This document shows positions 18,611 through 28,954 of a DNA stretch of 64,000 bases, one piece after another (the stretch's first letter is position 1; each line of letters opens with the position of its first letter). The notes below the pieces were generated by a model that was not told the DNA's origin, searched no databases, and saw only the letters and a list, made by a program, of their open reading frames with translations. Source of the stretch: Candidatus Latescibacterota bacterium (GTDB lineage: Bacteria; Latescibacterota; UBA2968; UBA8231); NCBI GenBank assembly GCA_963422735.1, contig OY730476.1, positions 3,328,001 through 3,392,000 on the forward strand, written 5' to 3'. Position numbers and translations under genes: made by a program.

Positions 18611-19615
18611 ATGACTATTAGCCAAGAGGAACTGAAGGGGCGGTTGGCCGCTTTGCCGCGGTTGCAGCTAGCGTCCTTGCCCACGCCCTTGGAACAACTA
18701 AAGCGCCTTAGCACCCACCTAGCCGGCCCGCAAATTTGGGTCAAGCGCGACGATTTGACCGGCTTGGCTTTTGGCGGCAACAAGATCCGCGAGTTTGAAT
18801 ACCAGATCGCCCAAGCCGTAGAGCAGGGCTGCGACGTGCTGGTACACTCGGCCGCCGCCCAGTCGAATCAATCGCGGCAGACGGCCGCAGTGGCCGCAAA
18901 ATTGGGGCTATCTGCGGTGGTCGTCGGCCGCGACGACGCCCACGCACAGACGCAGGGGAACCTGCTGTTGACTCGCCTCTTTGGTGCAGAGGTGGAGCTG
19001 CCAGCACCCGATGAGCAGGCACAGGCCGTGGCCGCGAAGATGGCCGCGCTGACCGCGGCTGGCCGCCGCCCCTTCCACACCAGCTCGGACGCGCGCATCT
19101 TCCGCAGTGTAGCGTACGTCGATGGGGCGTTAGAACTATTGGCCCAATGCGAAGAACAAGGCGTTGAACCAGCGGCGATCTACCTGTGCTCCGGGGCGCA
19201 TACCCACGTGGGGTTGGTGGTGGCGTTCAAGGCACTGGGCATCGATATGAGGGTGGTTGGCATCAGCCCCTCACCGCGCGACGACCAGCAGGCGGCAAAG
19301 GGGCATCTCTCGCTGGGGCGGGAATGCGCCGAAATCTTGGGGCTAGATCTCTCGCTGAAGGCGGAGGATTTCGAGAGTTACGCCGCGTTTGTCGGTCCGG
19401 ACTACGGCGTCGTAACCGCCGAGAGTTGCCAAGCACTACACTTGGTGGCGCAGCAGGAAGGACTGTTGCTCGATCCTTCCTATACCAGTAAAGCCATGGC
19501 CGGGCTTTTGGCGCATGTGCGCGCTGGTTGGTGGCGTCCCGAGCAGAGCCTTATTTTTCTCCACACCGGTGGTACGCCCGCGCTTTTTGCTTACGCCAAG
19601 GACTTGGGCTACTGA
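18611..19615 (+). CDS. D-cysteine desulfhydrase/ACC deaminase family PLP enzyme
   Basis: WVKRDD..GGNKIR, QSNQ, LLDPSYTSKA, FLHTGG. Confidence 0.9.
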   Translation: MTISQEELKGRLAALPRLQLASLPTPLEQLKRLSTHLAGPQIWVKRDDLTGLAFGGNKIREFEYQIAQAVEQGCDVLVHSAAAQSNQSRQTAAVAAKLGLSAVVVGRDDAHAQTQGNLLLTRLFGAEVELPAPDEQAQAVAAKMAALTAAGRRPFHTSSDARIFRSVAYVDGALELLAQCEEQGVEPAAIYLCSGAHTHVGLVVAFKALGIDMRVVGISPSPRDDQQAAKGHLSLGRECAEILGLDLSLKAEDFESYAAFVGPDYGVVTAESCQALHLVAQQEGLLLDPSYTSKAMAGLLAHVRAGWWRPEQSLIFLHTGGTPALFAYAKDLGY

Positions 19616-21102
19616 TGCAACTTCCCACACCTGATCCTACCCGCTTCGAGCGGCGCGAATCCCTTATCGGCCGCCTGCGCGAACACTTGCACGCCGATCA
19701 GATCATTCACCGCCCCGAAGATGTAGTCGCCTATGAGTGCGACGGCCTGTCGGCGTATCGCCAGCGGCCTATGCTGGTCGCCTTACCGGATAGCACCGAG
19801 CAGGTCGCAGCCGTACTTCGGTCGTGCTCTCAACTCGACATTCCCATCGTCCCTTGGGGTGCCGGCACCGGGCTTTCGGGGGGTGCCCTGCCGAGGGAAG
19901 ACGGAGTAGTGTTGAGCACGGCGCGGATGCGAGCGGTACTCGACATTGACTTACAAAACCGCACAGTGACCGTGCAGCCGGGCGTGACCAACCGAGGTGT
20001 GACCGAAGCGGTGGAGCGGAGCGGCTTCTACTACGCGCCCGATCCTTCAAGCCAGATCGCCTGCTCAATTGGCGGCAATATCGCCGAGAATTCAGGTGGA
20101 GTACACTGCCTCAAGTACGGCACGACGACCAACAACCTCCTCGGCTTGGAGGTGGTGTTGGCTGATGGTGAGGTCGTGCGGGTCGGCGGCAAGGGCATGG
20201 ACCAAGCGGGCTACGATTTGCTCGGGCTGCTGACGGGTTCGGAAGGGCTGTTGGCCATTACCACGGAAGCCACGCTGCGGATCTTGCCCAAGCCGGAAGT
20301 GGCGCAGGCTATGATGGCCGTGTACGATTCGGTCGCCGCGGCCGGGCAGGCCGTGGCCGAGATCATCGCCGCGGGTATGGTGCCGGCCGGCATGGAAATC
20401 ATGGACCAGCTATCTGTTGAAGCGGTTGAGGGTTTTGTCGGCGCAGGCTATCCACTCGGGGTTGCGGCGCTCTTACTGGTCGAATTGGACGGGCCGAAAA
20501 GCGAGGTTGAGTGCCACAGTCGAGCGCTGGAATCGCTCTTGCGGCAGACCGGCGCGACTGCGCTTTCCCGCGCTACAACCGAGGCCGAGCGGCAAAAGTT
20601 GTGGGCTGGCCGCAAAGCGGCCTTCCCGGCGATGGGCCGAATTAGTCCCGACTACTACTGCATGGACGGGACCATCCCTCGGGGCGCACTGCCGCAGGTG
20701 CTACAGAGAATCGGCGAGTTGTCGGTCTCGTATGGCCTGCGGGTGGCCAATGTCTTCCACGCGGGCGATGGCAACCTGCATCCGCTCGTGCTGTACGACA
20801 GCAATGTCGAGGGCGATCTGGAGAAAGCCGAGTCGCTAGGGGCCGATATCTTGAAGCTCTGCGTCGAGGTGGGGGGCGTGTTGAGTGGGGAGCACGGGGT
20901 TGGCATTGAGAAACGGGATTTAATGCCGTGCATGTTCAAGGACGCGGATTTGGACGCCCAGGAGCGGGTCAAGGCCGAGTTTGACCCGCAGCAGGTATTG
21001 AATCCGGGCAAGGTGTTCCCCACCTTGCGGCGGTGTGCTGAGGGCGGGGCCATGCACGTGCATAGAGGCGAGGAAAAGTTCCCGGAGTTAGAACGATTCT
21101 AA
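19615..21102 (+). CDS. glcD: Glycolate oxidase subunit GlcD-like FAD-linked oxidase
   Basis: GAGTGLSGGA, YAPDPSSQIACSIGGNIAENSGG, HAGDGNLHP, GEHGVG; TGATG coupling to the upstream gene. Confidence 0.88.
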   Translation: MQLPTPDPTRFERRESLIGRLREHLHADQIIHRPEDVVAYECDGLSAYRQRPMLVALPDSTEQVAAVLRSCSQLDIPIVPWGAGTGLSGGALPREDGVVLSTARMRAVLDIDLQNRTVTVQPGVTNRGVTEAVERSGFYYAPDPSSQIACSIGGNIAENSGGVHCLKYGTTTNNLLGLEVVLADGEVVRVGGKGMDQAGYDLLGLLTGSEGLLAITTEATLRILPKPEVAQAMMAVYDSVAAAGQAVAEIIAAGMVPAGMEIMDQLSVEAVEGFVGAGYPLGVAALLLVELDGPKSEVECHSRALESLLRQTGATALSRATTEAERQKLWAGRKAAFPAMGRISPDYYCMDGTIPRGALPQVLQRIGELSVSYGLRVANVFHAGDGNLHPLVLYDSNVEGDLEKAESLGADILKLCVEVGGVLSGEHGVGIEKRDLMPCMFKDADLDAQERVKAEFDPQQVLNPGKVFPTLRRCAEGGAMHVHRGEEKFPELERF

Positions 21103-21155
21103 GGTGGCGAGTACGCCGCTAGTTGCAGGCGCGAAACTTGCTGAGGAGACGACTC

Positions 21156-21884
21156 ATGGCCACGGCTTTTGCCCTAGTGGGCGACCGCTATCACACGTCT
21201 GATTACATCCGCACGGCTTTGGGCCGCACCTTAGTCCAAGGCATAGGATTGTCCGTTGACTTTACCGACGAGCTTACACTGCTCAACGCCCAACATCTGT
21301 CGAGCTATCGGCTATTAATCGTCTTCCGCGACGGCATGATCTGGCCCAATGGCTACGGTATAGAGGCTTCACCCGTCAGCGAGCCGCCCGTCCAAGCCGC
21401 GGAATCCCGTCCCGTGCAGTGGATTACCGAAGCTCAGGGCCGCGCCGTGCGGAGCTTTGTGGAGGCGGGCGGGGCGGCTCTTTTCTACCACAATTCCACG
21501 TACATCGCCCCGGGCAGCAGCGACTTCCGCCACGTACTCGGTGCTGCTACGCAAGGGCACCCGCCGGTGCGTCCCTACCGAGTGCATATCACGCGCACAG
21601 ACCACCCCATAACGCGTGGCGTGGAGGACTTTGTCGTTGAGGACGAGCAGCACTTTATGCACTACGACAAGGACCCAGCCCATGTCTTGGCCGTCAGCGT
21701 CAACGACGACGGGCACACTTGGCAAGACTTGGGCACCACTTGCGAGACGGCTTGGGCGTACGAGTACGGCGCGGGCCGAGTGTGCTATTTATCGCCGGGA
21801 CACACCATCCCTGCGCTATGGAACCCGGCCTACGAGAAATTGCAGCAAAATGCCGTGCGCTGGCTGCTGCGCGACGTTTTGTAG
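21156..21884 (+). CDS. ThuA-like (class I GATase-like) domain protein
   Basis: GDRYH, HPITRGVEDFVVEDEQH, AWAYEYGAGRVCYLSPGH; AGGAG RBS. Confidence 0.82.
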   Translation: MATAFALVGDRYHTSDYIRTALGRTLVQGIGLSVDFTDELTLLNAQHLSSYRLLIVFRDGMIWPNGYGIEASPVSEPPVQAAESRPVQWITEAQGRAVRSFVEAGGAALFYHNSTYIAPGSSDFRHVLGAATQGHPPVRPYRVHITRTDHPITRGVEDFVVEDEQHFMHYDKDPAHVLAVSVNDDGHTWQDLGTTCETAWAYEYGAGRVCYLSPGHTIPALWNPAYEKLQQNAVRWLLRDVL

Positions 21885-21928
21885 AGATGCTCGGCAGCTA
21901 ACGTAGGGCTCGACGGGTTTTGGGAGGC

Positions 21929-22054
21929 GCTGCGCCGGACAAGGTGGCCGCCGACATCGTCCGCGCCTATCGGCCAAAGAAAAGCGTGTTCTACACACCG
22001 TTTTTTTGACGCTTCAAGAGCATCCCCGAGCGCATTTTTAAGAGGCTGAAATTG
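21929..22054 (+). pseudogene. C-terminal remnant of a short-chain dehydrogenase (DprE2-like SDR)
   Basis: Frame reads AAPDKVAADIVRAYRPKKSVFYTPFF*RFKSIPERIFKRLKL, with an internal stop and no start. Confidence 0.6.
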
Positions 22055-22074
22055 CGCTCTCAGTGCGGACGAAT

Positions 22075-22102
22075 CCACTTACCACTCATCACTTGCCACT
22101 AA
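22075..22102. repeat. Four degenerate CCACTAA heptamers
   Basis: CCACTTA CCACTCA TCACTTG CCACTAA directly before the ATG at 22104. Confidence 0.55.
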
Positions 22103-22103
22103 C

Positions 22104-25100
22104 ATGCAATTTTTAGCAGAGAAACTGGAAGTCAGCCGGTCGGAATTATTGGATATGGGCCTGCGTGGCAATACGCTGCTCAACTTTCGTCCCAGCGCGA
22201 AAACGCTCGAAGTGATCGACGAGAAGTCGAGAGAGGTGTTTCAGATATTGGTCGCCGAGCAAAAGCCCATGGCATTTATCCCGGTGCCCGCATCGCTGGA
22301 GGCCGAAAGCGATCCGCAAGCACTGCCGAAAATTTTGGCAGACCAGTACGCAGACCACCGCTATACCGATAACCGCCTGCAAACCAAACTCACCGCGGAC
22401 GCGCTGGATAAAAGCCTGTTAAAAATTAGCGCGGAGGCCGAAAGCTACTATCAAGAGCAGGGCGTTGATCTTTTGTATTTGGCCTTGGGCTTCTTGACTT
22501 GGTATGAAGACAAAAGCTCCTCCACGCCCCGCAAAGCACCGCTTGTATTGGTGCCGGTCGCTTTGGAGCGCGGCAGTGCGAGATCTCGCTACAAGGTGGC
22601 GTACACCGAGGCTGATCTCGGCCCGAATCTGACGCTCGCCACTAAACTAAAAAGCGAGTTCGAGATAACGCTGCCAGAGTTCGGAGAAGAGTTGGACCTT
22701 GATGGGTACTTAAAAGAAGTGGCCGATAGCGTTGATCATCAGCCGCGCTGGCAGGTGCAGGCAGATGAAATCGCGCTTGGGTTTTTTTCTTTTGGCAAGT
22801 TCCAGATGTATCAGGATTTAGATCCGAATAATTGGCCCGAAGGCCACAAGCCCTACGACCACGAAGTGTTGCAAAAATTGATCGACAGCGGATTTGGGGG
22901 CGTCGGCGATGGATCGCTTTCAACGCCGTGTGAAGAGACGTCCTCCGAACTGCCCGAACTCACGGATCTCCACTTTGTGTTGGATGCGGACTCCAGCCAA
23001 ACGCAAGCAGTCATGGCGGTGAAGCAAGGCACCAACTTGGTAATTCAAGGGCCTCCGGGCACGGGCAAATCGCAGACCATTACCAATATCATTGCCGAGG
23101 CTCTTGCCGACGAAAAAACCGTGCTCTTTGTAGCCGAAAAAATGGCCGCCTTAGAGGTGGTAAAACGTCGCCTCGACGAATGCCACTTGGGCGATGCCGT
23201 GCTGGAGCTTCACAGCCACAAGAGCAATAAGAGTGCCGTCCTGCGAGAGCTGAGGCGCACGTTGGAACTCGGCCCGCCGGCCGTGGAGAATCACGCGGCT
23301 AAAAAGCGTCGCCATGCCCAGTTGCGCGAACAACTCGATGCGTATTGCCGCGAGGTGAATCGCCCCATTCTGACTTCGGGAACGAGCTATATAAACGCCC
23401 AAGGGCACCTCCTGAAGCTGAGAGAAGAATCTGGTGAGTGCGAACTGCCGGGATTGGATTTTGCCGAGTTCCGCCATTGGGACGGGGATGCTTTTACAAA
23501 CGCCTGCGCGAATGTGCGCGAACTAGTTGAACATTTAGAGGCGATGGGTATTCCGGCCCGGAGTCCCTTTGCCCAATCGACGCTAGAGCACATTTCACCG
23601 ATTGAGCAAAACGAGGTAGTTACTTGCTTGACTAAAGCACTCGCCTCGCTCGGCGACTGTCGGAAATTGGGTGACACCCTGTCCGAAAAGATAGGGCTAG
23701 ACGGCCCAGAAAATCTCGCCGCCATGAGTGCCATTTGCCGCGCTGGCGAGCGCGTACTGAATGCACCGGCTTTAGAGGGAGTACAGCTAACCGCTGCGGA
23801 CTGGAAACACCGCAGCGAGCAAGTCGAGGCTCTCATCCAAGCCGGTGAAGAAATGACGGTGTTGCAAGACAAGCGGCGCGAGCAATTGATCGAGCAGGCT
23901 TGGCAGGCCAACCTATTGAGTGTGCGCCAAGCGTGGGCCACTACGGGTCGGCACTGGTGGCGTTTTATTTTTCCCAGTTTTCACCGAGCCCGACGCACGC
24001 TGCAAGGTTTGATGAAAGACGAACTGCCAGCCAGTGCGGAAGTATGCGTGGCACTCATCGACGACATTCTCAAGTATCAAGCTCTGTGCAAACCATACGC
24101 CGAGCATGAGTCCTTGGGCGCAAGCCTGTTGGGGATACAATGGAAAGGGCTGCACAGCGATTGGAGTTCATTGAAGGAGCTTAGTGCCTATGTAGTCGGG
24201 TTGCACAAAGAAGTGGGTGAGGGCACGGTGCCGGAAGGCTTACTAAAGTTTTTGGAAAGCGGCGGGAACCTCGGGGGTTGCGAGGAGCAGTTGGAGACGC
24301 TCGAACGCGCTGCTGGCGAACTGCAAGAGCTAATTGACGCGGTGAGCCAGCGTTTGGGGACGGAAGTGCGATCTATTGAAGAGCGACCGTTGGGCGCACT
24401 GGAAGACGAGCTCAACCGTTGGCGCGACCAAATCGGCACTTTAGAGCAGATGGTGCACTACAACCACCTTAGAAAAAAACTTCGCACCAGCGGGTTGGAA
24501 CAGATTGACCGATTGTCTTACGACTGGACATGGCCACCAGCTTTGTTGCTGATATCCCTGAAGAAAGCCTATTACGAGGGCTTAGTGAATGAGGCGTATG
24601 ACAAAAGCGAGACGCTCAAGCGGTTTAACCGGATGAGCCACGAAAGTGCCATCAATGAATTTAGACGCTTGGATGAGGAACTGTTGCACCACGCCCAAGA
24701 AGAGCTGGTCTTGAAACACTACCACAGCTTGCCGGCGGCCAACGCTGCTGGTGAGATGGCGATTATTCGCCGCGAGATAAACAAGAAGCGCCGCCACATG
24801 CCGATTCGTCGGCTAATCGTCCAAGCCGGCCGCGCGATCCAGCAAATAAAGCCCGTGTTTATGATGAGCCCTATGTCGGTGGCGACCTACTTGGAGCAGG
24901 GTGCGCTGGACTTTGATTTGGTGGTCTTTGACGAAGCTAGTCAAGTGAAAGTGGTGGATGCAATCGGCCCGATTCTGCGCGGCGAACAGGTTGTGGTGGT
25001 CGGAGACACGCGCCAGATGCCGCCGACGGACTTCTTTACTAAAGCCTTGGAGCTAGACAACGAAGAAAGTCAGACCGCCGACATTGAGAGTATTTTGAGT

Positions 25101-26762
25101 ATGTTCTTGTTGCAAGGGGCACCGGAGTCCATGTTGCGTTGGCACTATCGAAGCCGACACGATTCCCTGATTGCCGTTTCCAATCGGGAATTTTACGATG
25201 GCCGCTTGATGATCTTCCCTAGCCCCGGGGTGAATCCCTACGCCAAGGGCTTGACGTTTAACCATCTGCCCGAGTCAGTGTACGAGCGCGGTAGTTCGCG
25301 CACTAATCCGGTGGAGGCGCGTGCTGTAGCCGAGGCGGTCATGCGCCACGCCAAAGCGCACCCGGATACGACTTTGGGAGTGGTTGCATTTTCGACGGCT
25401 CAACGCGACTGTATTTTGCTGGAAATCGAGCGGTTGCGGCGCTTGGATCCGAGTTGTGAGGAATTTTTCACTACGGGTGCGCTAGAAGGCTTTTTCGTAA
25501 AAAACTTGGAGAACGTGCAGGGGGATGAGCGCGATGTGATTTTCATCAGCATTGGCTATGGCCGTACGACCGCCGGCAACATGAGTACGAGTTTTGGTCC
25601 GGTGAATCGCGACGGCGGTGAGCGCCGCTTGAATGTGTTGATCACGCGCGCGCACTTGGCGATGGAGGTCTTTAGCAATTTTACGGCGGACGACATTAAA
25701 ACCGAGAGCAATTCGCCGTTTGGGATTCGCGCCTTGAAAAGCTTCTTGCACTACGCGCAGACCGGTGAATTAGAGCATCGCCACGAAACCGGAAAGGAGG
25801 CGGATTCGCCGTTTGAGGAGGCCGTGCGCGACGCCATTCTCCGGCTAGGCTATGACATTGAGCCACAAGTGGGTTCGGCAGGTTTTTATATTGACATTGC
25901 CGTGCGCGACCCCCAAAAGCCCGGCCGCTATATTTTGGCGGTAGAGTGCGACGGCGCGAGTTATCACAGCTCAGCAACGGCCCGTGACCGCGACCGTTTG
26001 CGCCAAAGTGTGCTAGAGGGCTTAGGCTGGCGTTTCCATCGCATTTGGAGTACCGACTGGTTCCGGGATCCCCATAGAGAAAGCGTGCGTCTCAAGGATT
26101 CTATTGACCAAGTGCTGCGCTTTTACGAGGCGGAAGAAACCCACGCCGAGCAACCCCGTGCCGCAGCGCAGCCCAAGCGCATCGAGCGCGACGAGCCGAC
26201 GGAAAACAACTTGCGGGCTGACGCCTATGTGTTGGCCACGGGCGATTTGGGCATTGCTGATTTCGCTGAGATCCACGAGTTGCCATTAGGCAACGTCGCT
26301 CAGGCCATGCGCAAGGTAATTGACATTGAAGGCCCCGTTCACCTGACAGAGGCGGCGCGGCGACTCGCTGAATCGGCCGGCTTTGCCCGCGTGGGTTCGC
26401 GAATACTAGGGCATATAAAACGAGCCGCCGAATACGGCCAAAGGAATGGGTTCCTCTATTTAGAAGGCGACTTCCTGTTTGCCGATAGAGACAAGCCTGT
26501 ACGGATTCGCGACCGCTCGGACATGCCTCCCACCGTTAAGAACATCGAACTGGTACCCGACGAGGAAATTCGCGCGGCCCTGATCGCGGCAATCCGTGCA
26601 GCCTTTAGCCTATCGGAAGAAGAGGCCGTTTCTGAGGCCCTGTCGCTGATGGGCTTTCGCCGCGTAACAGTTAAAGCGAAGCGGAAGGTAGGATCCGCGC
26701 TGAGAAAGCTGGAGCAGGACGGCGCGGTAACGGTTGAGGACGGCAAGGTTTCGGTCGCTTGA
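22104..26762 (+). CDS. DUF4011 / SF1 (UPF1-like) helicase / Vsr-like endonuclease / DUF3320 protein (Hhe-like defence protein)
   Basis: LLDMGLRGNTLLNF, GPPGTGKS, DEASQ, HYRS, VQGDERD, C-terminal FYIDIAV..AVECDGASYH..RDRLRQ..GWRFHRIWSTDW. Confidence 0.88.
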   Translation: MQFLAEKLEVSRSELLDMGLRGNTLLNFRPSAKTLEVIDEKSREVFQILVAEQKPMAFIPVPASLEAESDPQALPKILADQYADHRYTDNRLQTKLTADALDKSLLKISAEAESYYQEQGVDLLYLALGFLTWYEDKSSSTPRKAPLVLVPVALERGSARSRYKVAYTEADLGPNLTLATKLKSEFEITLPEFGEELDLDGYLKEVADSVDHQPRWQVQADEIALGFFSFGKFQMYQDLDPNNWPEGHKPYDHEVLQKLIDSGFGGVGDGSLSTPCEETSSELPELTDLHFVLDADSSQTQAVMAVKQGTNLVIQGPPGTGKSQTITNIIAEALADEKTVLFVAEKMAALEVVKRRLDECHLGDAVLELHSHKSNKSAVLRELRRTLELGPPAVENHAAKKRRHAQLREQLDAYCREVNRPILTSGTSYINAQGHLLKLREESGECELPGLDFAEFRHWDGDAFTNACANVRELVEHLEAMGIPARSPFAQSTLEHISPIEQNEVVTCLTKALASLGDCRKLGDTLSEKIGLDGPENLAAMSAICRAGERVLNAPALEGVQLTAADWKHRSEQVEALIQAGEEMTVLQDKRREQLIEQAWQANLLSVRQAWATTGRHWWRFIFPSFHRARRTLQGLMKDELPASAEVCVALIDDILKYQALCKPYAEHESLGASLLGIQWKGLHSDWSSLKELSAYVVGLHKEVGEGTVPEGLLKFLESGGNLGGCEEQLETLERAAGELQELIDAVSQRLGTEVRSIEERPLGALEDELNRWRDQIGTLEQMVHYNHLRKKLRTSGLEQIDRLSYDWTWPPALLLISLKKAYYEGLVNEAYDKSETLKRFNRMSHESAINEFRRLDEELLHHAQEELVLKHYHSLPAANAAGEMAIIRREINKKRRHMPIRRLIVQAGRAIQQIKPVFMMSPMSVATYLEQGALDFDLVVFDEASQVKVVDAIGPILRGEQVVVVGDTRQMPPTDFFTKALELDNEESQTADIESILSMFLLQGAPESMLRWHYRSRHDSLIAVSNREFYDGRLMIFPSPGVNPYAKGLTFNHLPESVYERGSSRTNPVEARAVAEAVMRHAKAHPDTTLGVVAFSTAQRDCILLEIERLRRLDPSCEEFFTTGALEGFFVKNLENVQGDERDVIFISIGYGRTTAGNMSTSFGPVNRDGGERRLNVLITRAHLAMEVFSNFTADDIKTESNSPFGIRALKSFLHYAQTGELEHRHETGKEADSPFEEAVRDAILRLGYDIEPQVGSAGFYIDIAVRDPQKPGRYILAVECDGASYHSSATARDRDRLRQSVLEGLGWRFHRIWSTDWFRDPHRESVRLKDSIDQVLRFYEAEETHAEQPRAAAQPKRIERDEPTENNLRADAYVLATGDLGIADFAEIHELPLGNVAQAMRKVIDIEGPVHLTEAARRLAESAGFARVGSRILGHIKRAAEYGQRNGFLYLEGDFLFADRDKPVRIRDRSDMPPTVKNIELVPDEEIRAALIAAIRAAFSLSEEEAVSEALSLMGFRRVTVKAKRKVGSALRKLEQDGAVTVEDGKVSVA

Positions 26763-26776
26763 GTGCCTACCACGAA

Positions 26777-28945
26777 TCAATCGCTCGGCAGTGTTGATTC
26801 CAGCCGGACGGCTTGCCCCGCTTCCAGCACCACTTTGCCGCACAGCCGCTCTTTGAGCGTAGTGTAACGCTGGGCGACCTTGTCGTTTGCAATGGCCAGC
26901 TTGAGTGCCTTGGGGGTGCCGACGATGACAATCATTTGCTTGGCGCGGGTAATCGCCGTGTAGAGCAGGTTGCGCTGGAGCATCACGTAGTGCTGGGTCG
27001 TCAGCGGCAGCACTACCACGGGAAATTCCGACCCCTGAGAGCGGTGGATGCTGATGGCGTAGGCGAGGGTTAGCTGGTCGAGATCGACTTGATCGTATTC
27101 CAAGGTGTAGTCAAAGCGCACGTAGAGCACCTGCTTTTCCGCGTCGAGCCGCTCGACCGTGCCGATGTCGCCGTTAAAAACGCCCTTGTCGTAGTTGTTT
27201 TTGATCTGCATGACCTTGTCGTCCACCCGGAACTCAGCCCCGCGATGGCGGTGCGCCTCGCCGTGCGGGTTGAGGTGCTGTTGCAGCCGCTGGTTGAGGT
27301 TGAGTGCGCCGGTCTCGCCGCGGTACATGGGCGAAAGCACTTGGATGTCGTCGCGCCGATCCCACCCCCGATAGCTGGGCAGCCGCGTGGCGCACAACTT
27401 CTCCACTAGCTCGACCACCTGCTCTGGGTCGCCCTCGCGAATGAAGTAGAAATCCGCGGCCACATGGTTTTCGACGATGGGCATTTCGCCGCTGTTGATG
27501 CGGTGCGCGTTGCGGATGATGTGGCTTTTTTTGGCTTGGCGAAAAATCTGCGTCAGGCGCACCACCGGCACTTCTGAGGAGTCGATGATGTCGCGGAGCA
27601 CGTTGCCCGGCCCCACCGAGGGCAACTGGTCAATGTCGCCGACTAGCACCAACCGAACGTGGTCGGGCAGGGCGCGCAGGAGCGCGTTCATCAGCACCAC
27701 GTCAATCATGGAAGCCTCATCGACGATCAGCGCGTCGAGTTTGAGGCGGTCGTCATAGCCCTTTTTGAATTGCCGCTCGCCCGGCTGAAATCCGAGCAGC
27801 CGATGAATGGTCTTGGCCTCTCGCCCACTGGCCTCGCTTAGCCGCTTGGCGGCGCGGCCTGTAGGCGAGCACAGCGCGACCTTGAGGCCACCTTCCTCCA
27901 AGACGCGCAAGATGCGCCGCGTGACCGTCGTTTTGCCGGTGCCCGGCCCGCCGGTCAGCACTAGGACCTTGCTCGTGGCAACCAACTCCACGGCCTGTCT
28001 TTGCGCTGGGGCCAATTCCAGCCCGTCTTCATCTTCTGTGGGCACGGCCAATTCTTCGGTCGGTGCTTGCAAAAGCCGCTTTAGCGACGATGCTGCGCCC
28101 ACTTCGGCGCGGTGGAGCGGCGGCAAATAGTAGCGCAGGTCTTCGGTGACCACGCCGTCGTTGGCGCGCAGGGCCTCTAATGCTTGTGGCAACAGCTCGG
28201 CGTTGATGTCCAAAATTTCGACGGCCCGCTCCATCATTTCGACGGCCGGCAAGTACACATGGCCTTCGTCGGCCGCTTCGGAGAGCAGGTAGCGGATGCC
28301 AGCCTGCACGCGCTCGGGTGCGTCGCGGCTGAGTCCCAAACGCTGGGCAATGCGATCGGCTATGCGGAAGCCGATCCCATCCACATCGCGCTCTAGGCGA
28401 TAGGGATCGCTGCGCACCTTTTGAATGGCCTCTTGACCATAGGTCTTGAAAATTTTTACCGCATAGCCGGTGGTAATTCCGTGCGACTGCAAAAAGACCA
28501 TTACGTCCTTGATTTGCCGCTGCTCGTCCCAAGCCGCGGCAATCAGCTCGACTTTCTTCTTGCCCAGCTTGGGCACTTCCTCTAGCCGGCGGGGATCCGC
28601 GTCGATGATGTCGAGTGTTTCCGCGCCAAAGTGATCGACTATGCGCTTGGCCGACCTCGGCCCAACGCCTTTGATCAAACCGGACCCGAGGTACTTTTGC
28701 ATGCCTTCGAGCGTCGAGGGATAAACGGCCTTATAGTGCTCCACCTTGAGTTGTTTGCCGTATTTGGGATGATTGGTCCACACGCCTTCGACTTCGACGC
28801 TCTCGCCCTCTTGGATGGAGGCAAGTGCCCCTACGATTGCGATCCGCTCCCGCTGGCCCTCGACGACTAAGCGCGCAATGGTATAGCCGTTTTCCGGGTT
28901 GTGGTAAGTCAGGCGATCTATAAAGCCTTTATACGATTGGTTCAT
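26777..28945 (-). CDS. recD2: ATP-dependent RecD-like helicase RecD2
   Basis: YLGSGLIKGVG HhH, GGPGTGKTT, PTGRAAKRL, DEASM, IHRSQGSEF, YTAITRA. Confidence 0.95.
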   Translation of the reverse strand: MNQSYKGFIDRLTYHNPENGYTIARLVVEGQRERIAIVGALASIQEGESVEVEGVWTNHPKYGKQLKVEHYKAVYPSTLEGMQKYLGSGLIKGVGPRSAKRIVDHFGAETLDIIDADPRRLEEVPKLGKKKVELIAAAWDEQRQIKDVMVFLQSHGITTGYAVKIFKTYGQEAIQKVRSDPYRLERDVDGIGFRIADRIAQRLGLSRDAPERVQAGIRYLLSEAADEGHVYLPAVEMMERAVEILDINAELLPQALEALRANDGVVTEDLRYYLPPLHRAEVGAASSLKRLLQAPTEELAVPTEDEDGLELAPAQRQAVELVATSKVLVLTGGPGTGKTTVTRRILRVLEEGGLKVALCSPTGRAAKRLSEASGREAKTIHRLLGFQPGERQFKKGYDDRLKLDALIVDEASMIDVVLMNALLRALPDHVRLVLVGDIDQLPSVGPGNVLRDIIDSSEVPVVRLTQIFRQAKKSHIIRNAHRINSGEMPIVENHVAADFYFIREGDPEQVVELVEKLCATRLPSYRGWDRRDDIQVLSPMYRGETGALNLNQRLQQHLNPHGEAHRHRGAEFRVDDKVMQIKNNYDKGVFNGDIGTVERLDAEKQVLYVRFDYTLEYDQVDLDQLTLAYAISIHRSQGSEFPVVVLPLTTQHYVMLQRNLLYTAITRAKQMIVIVGTPKALKLAIANDKVAQRYTTLKERLCGKVVLEAGQAVRLESTLPSD

Positions 28946-28954
28946 GTGCCACGC

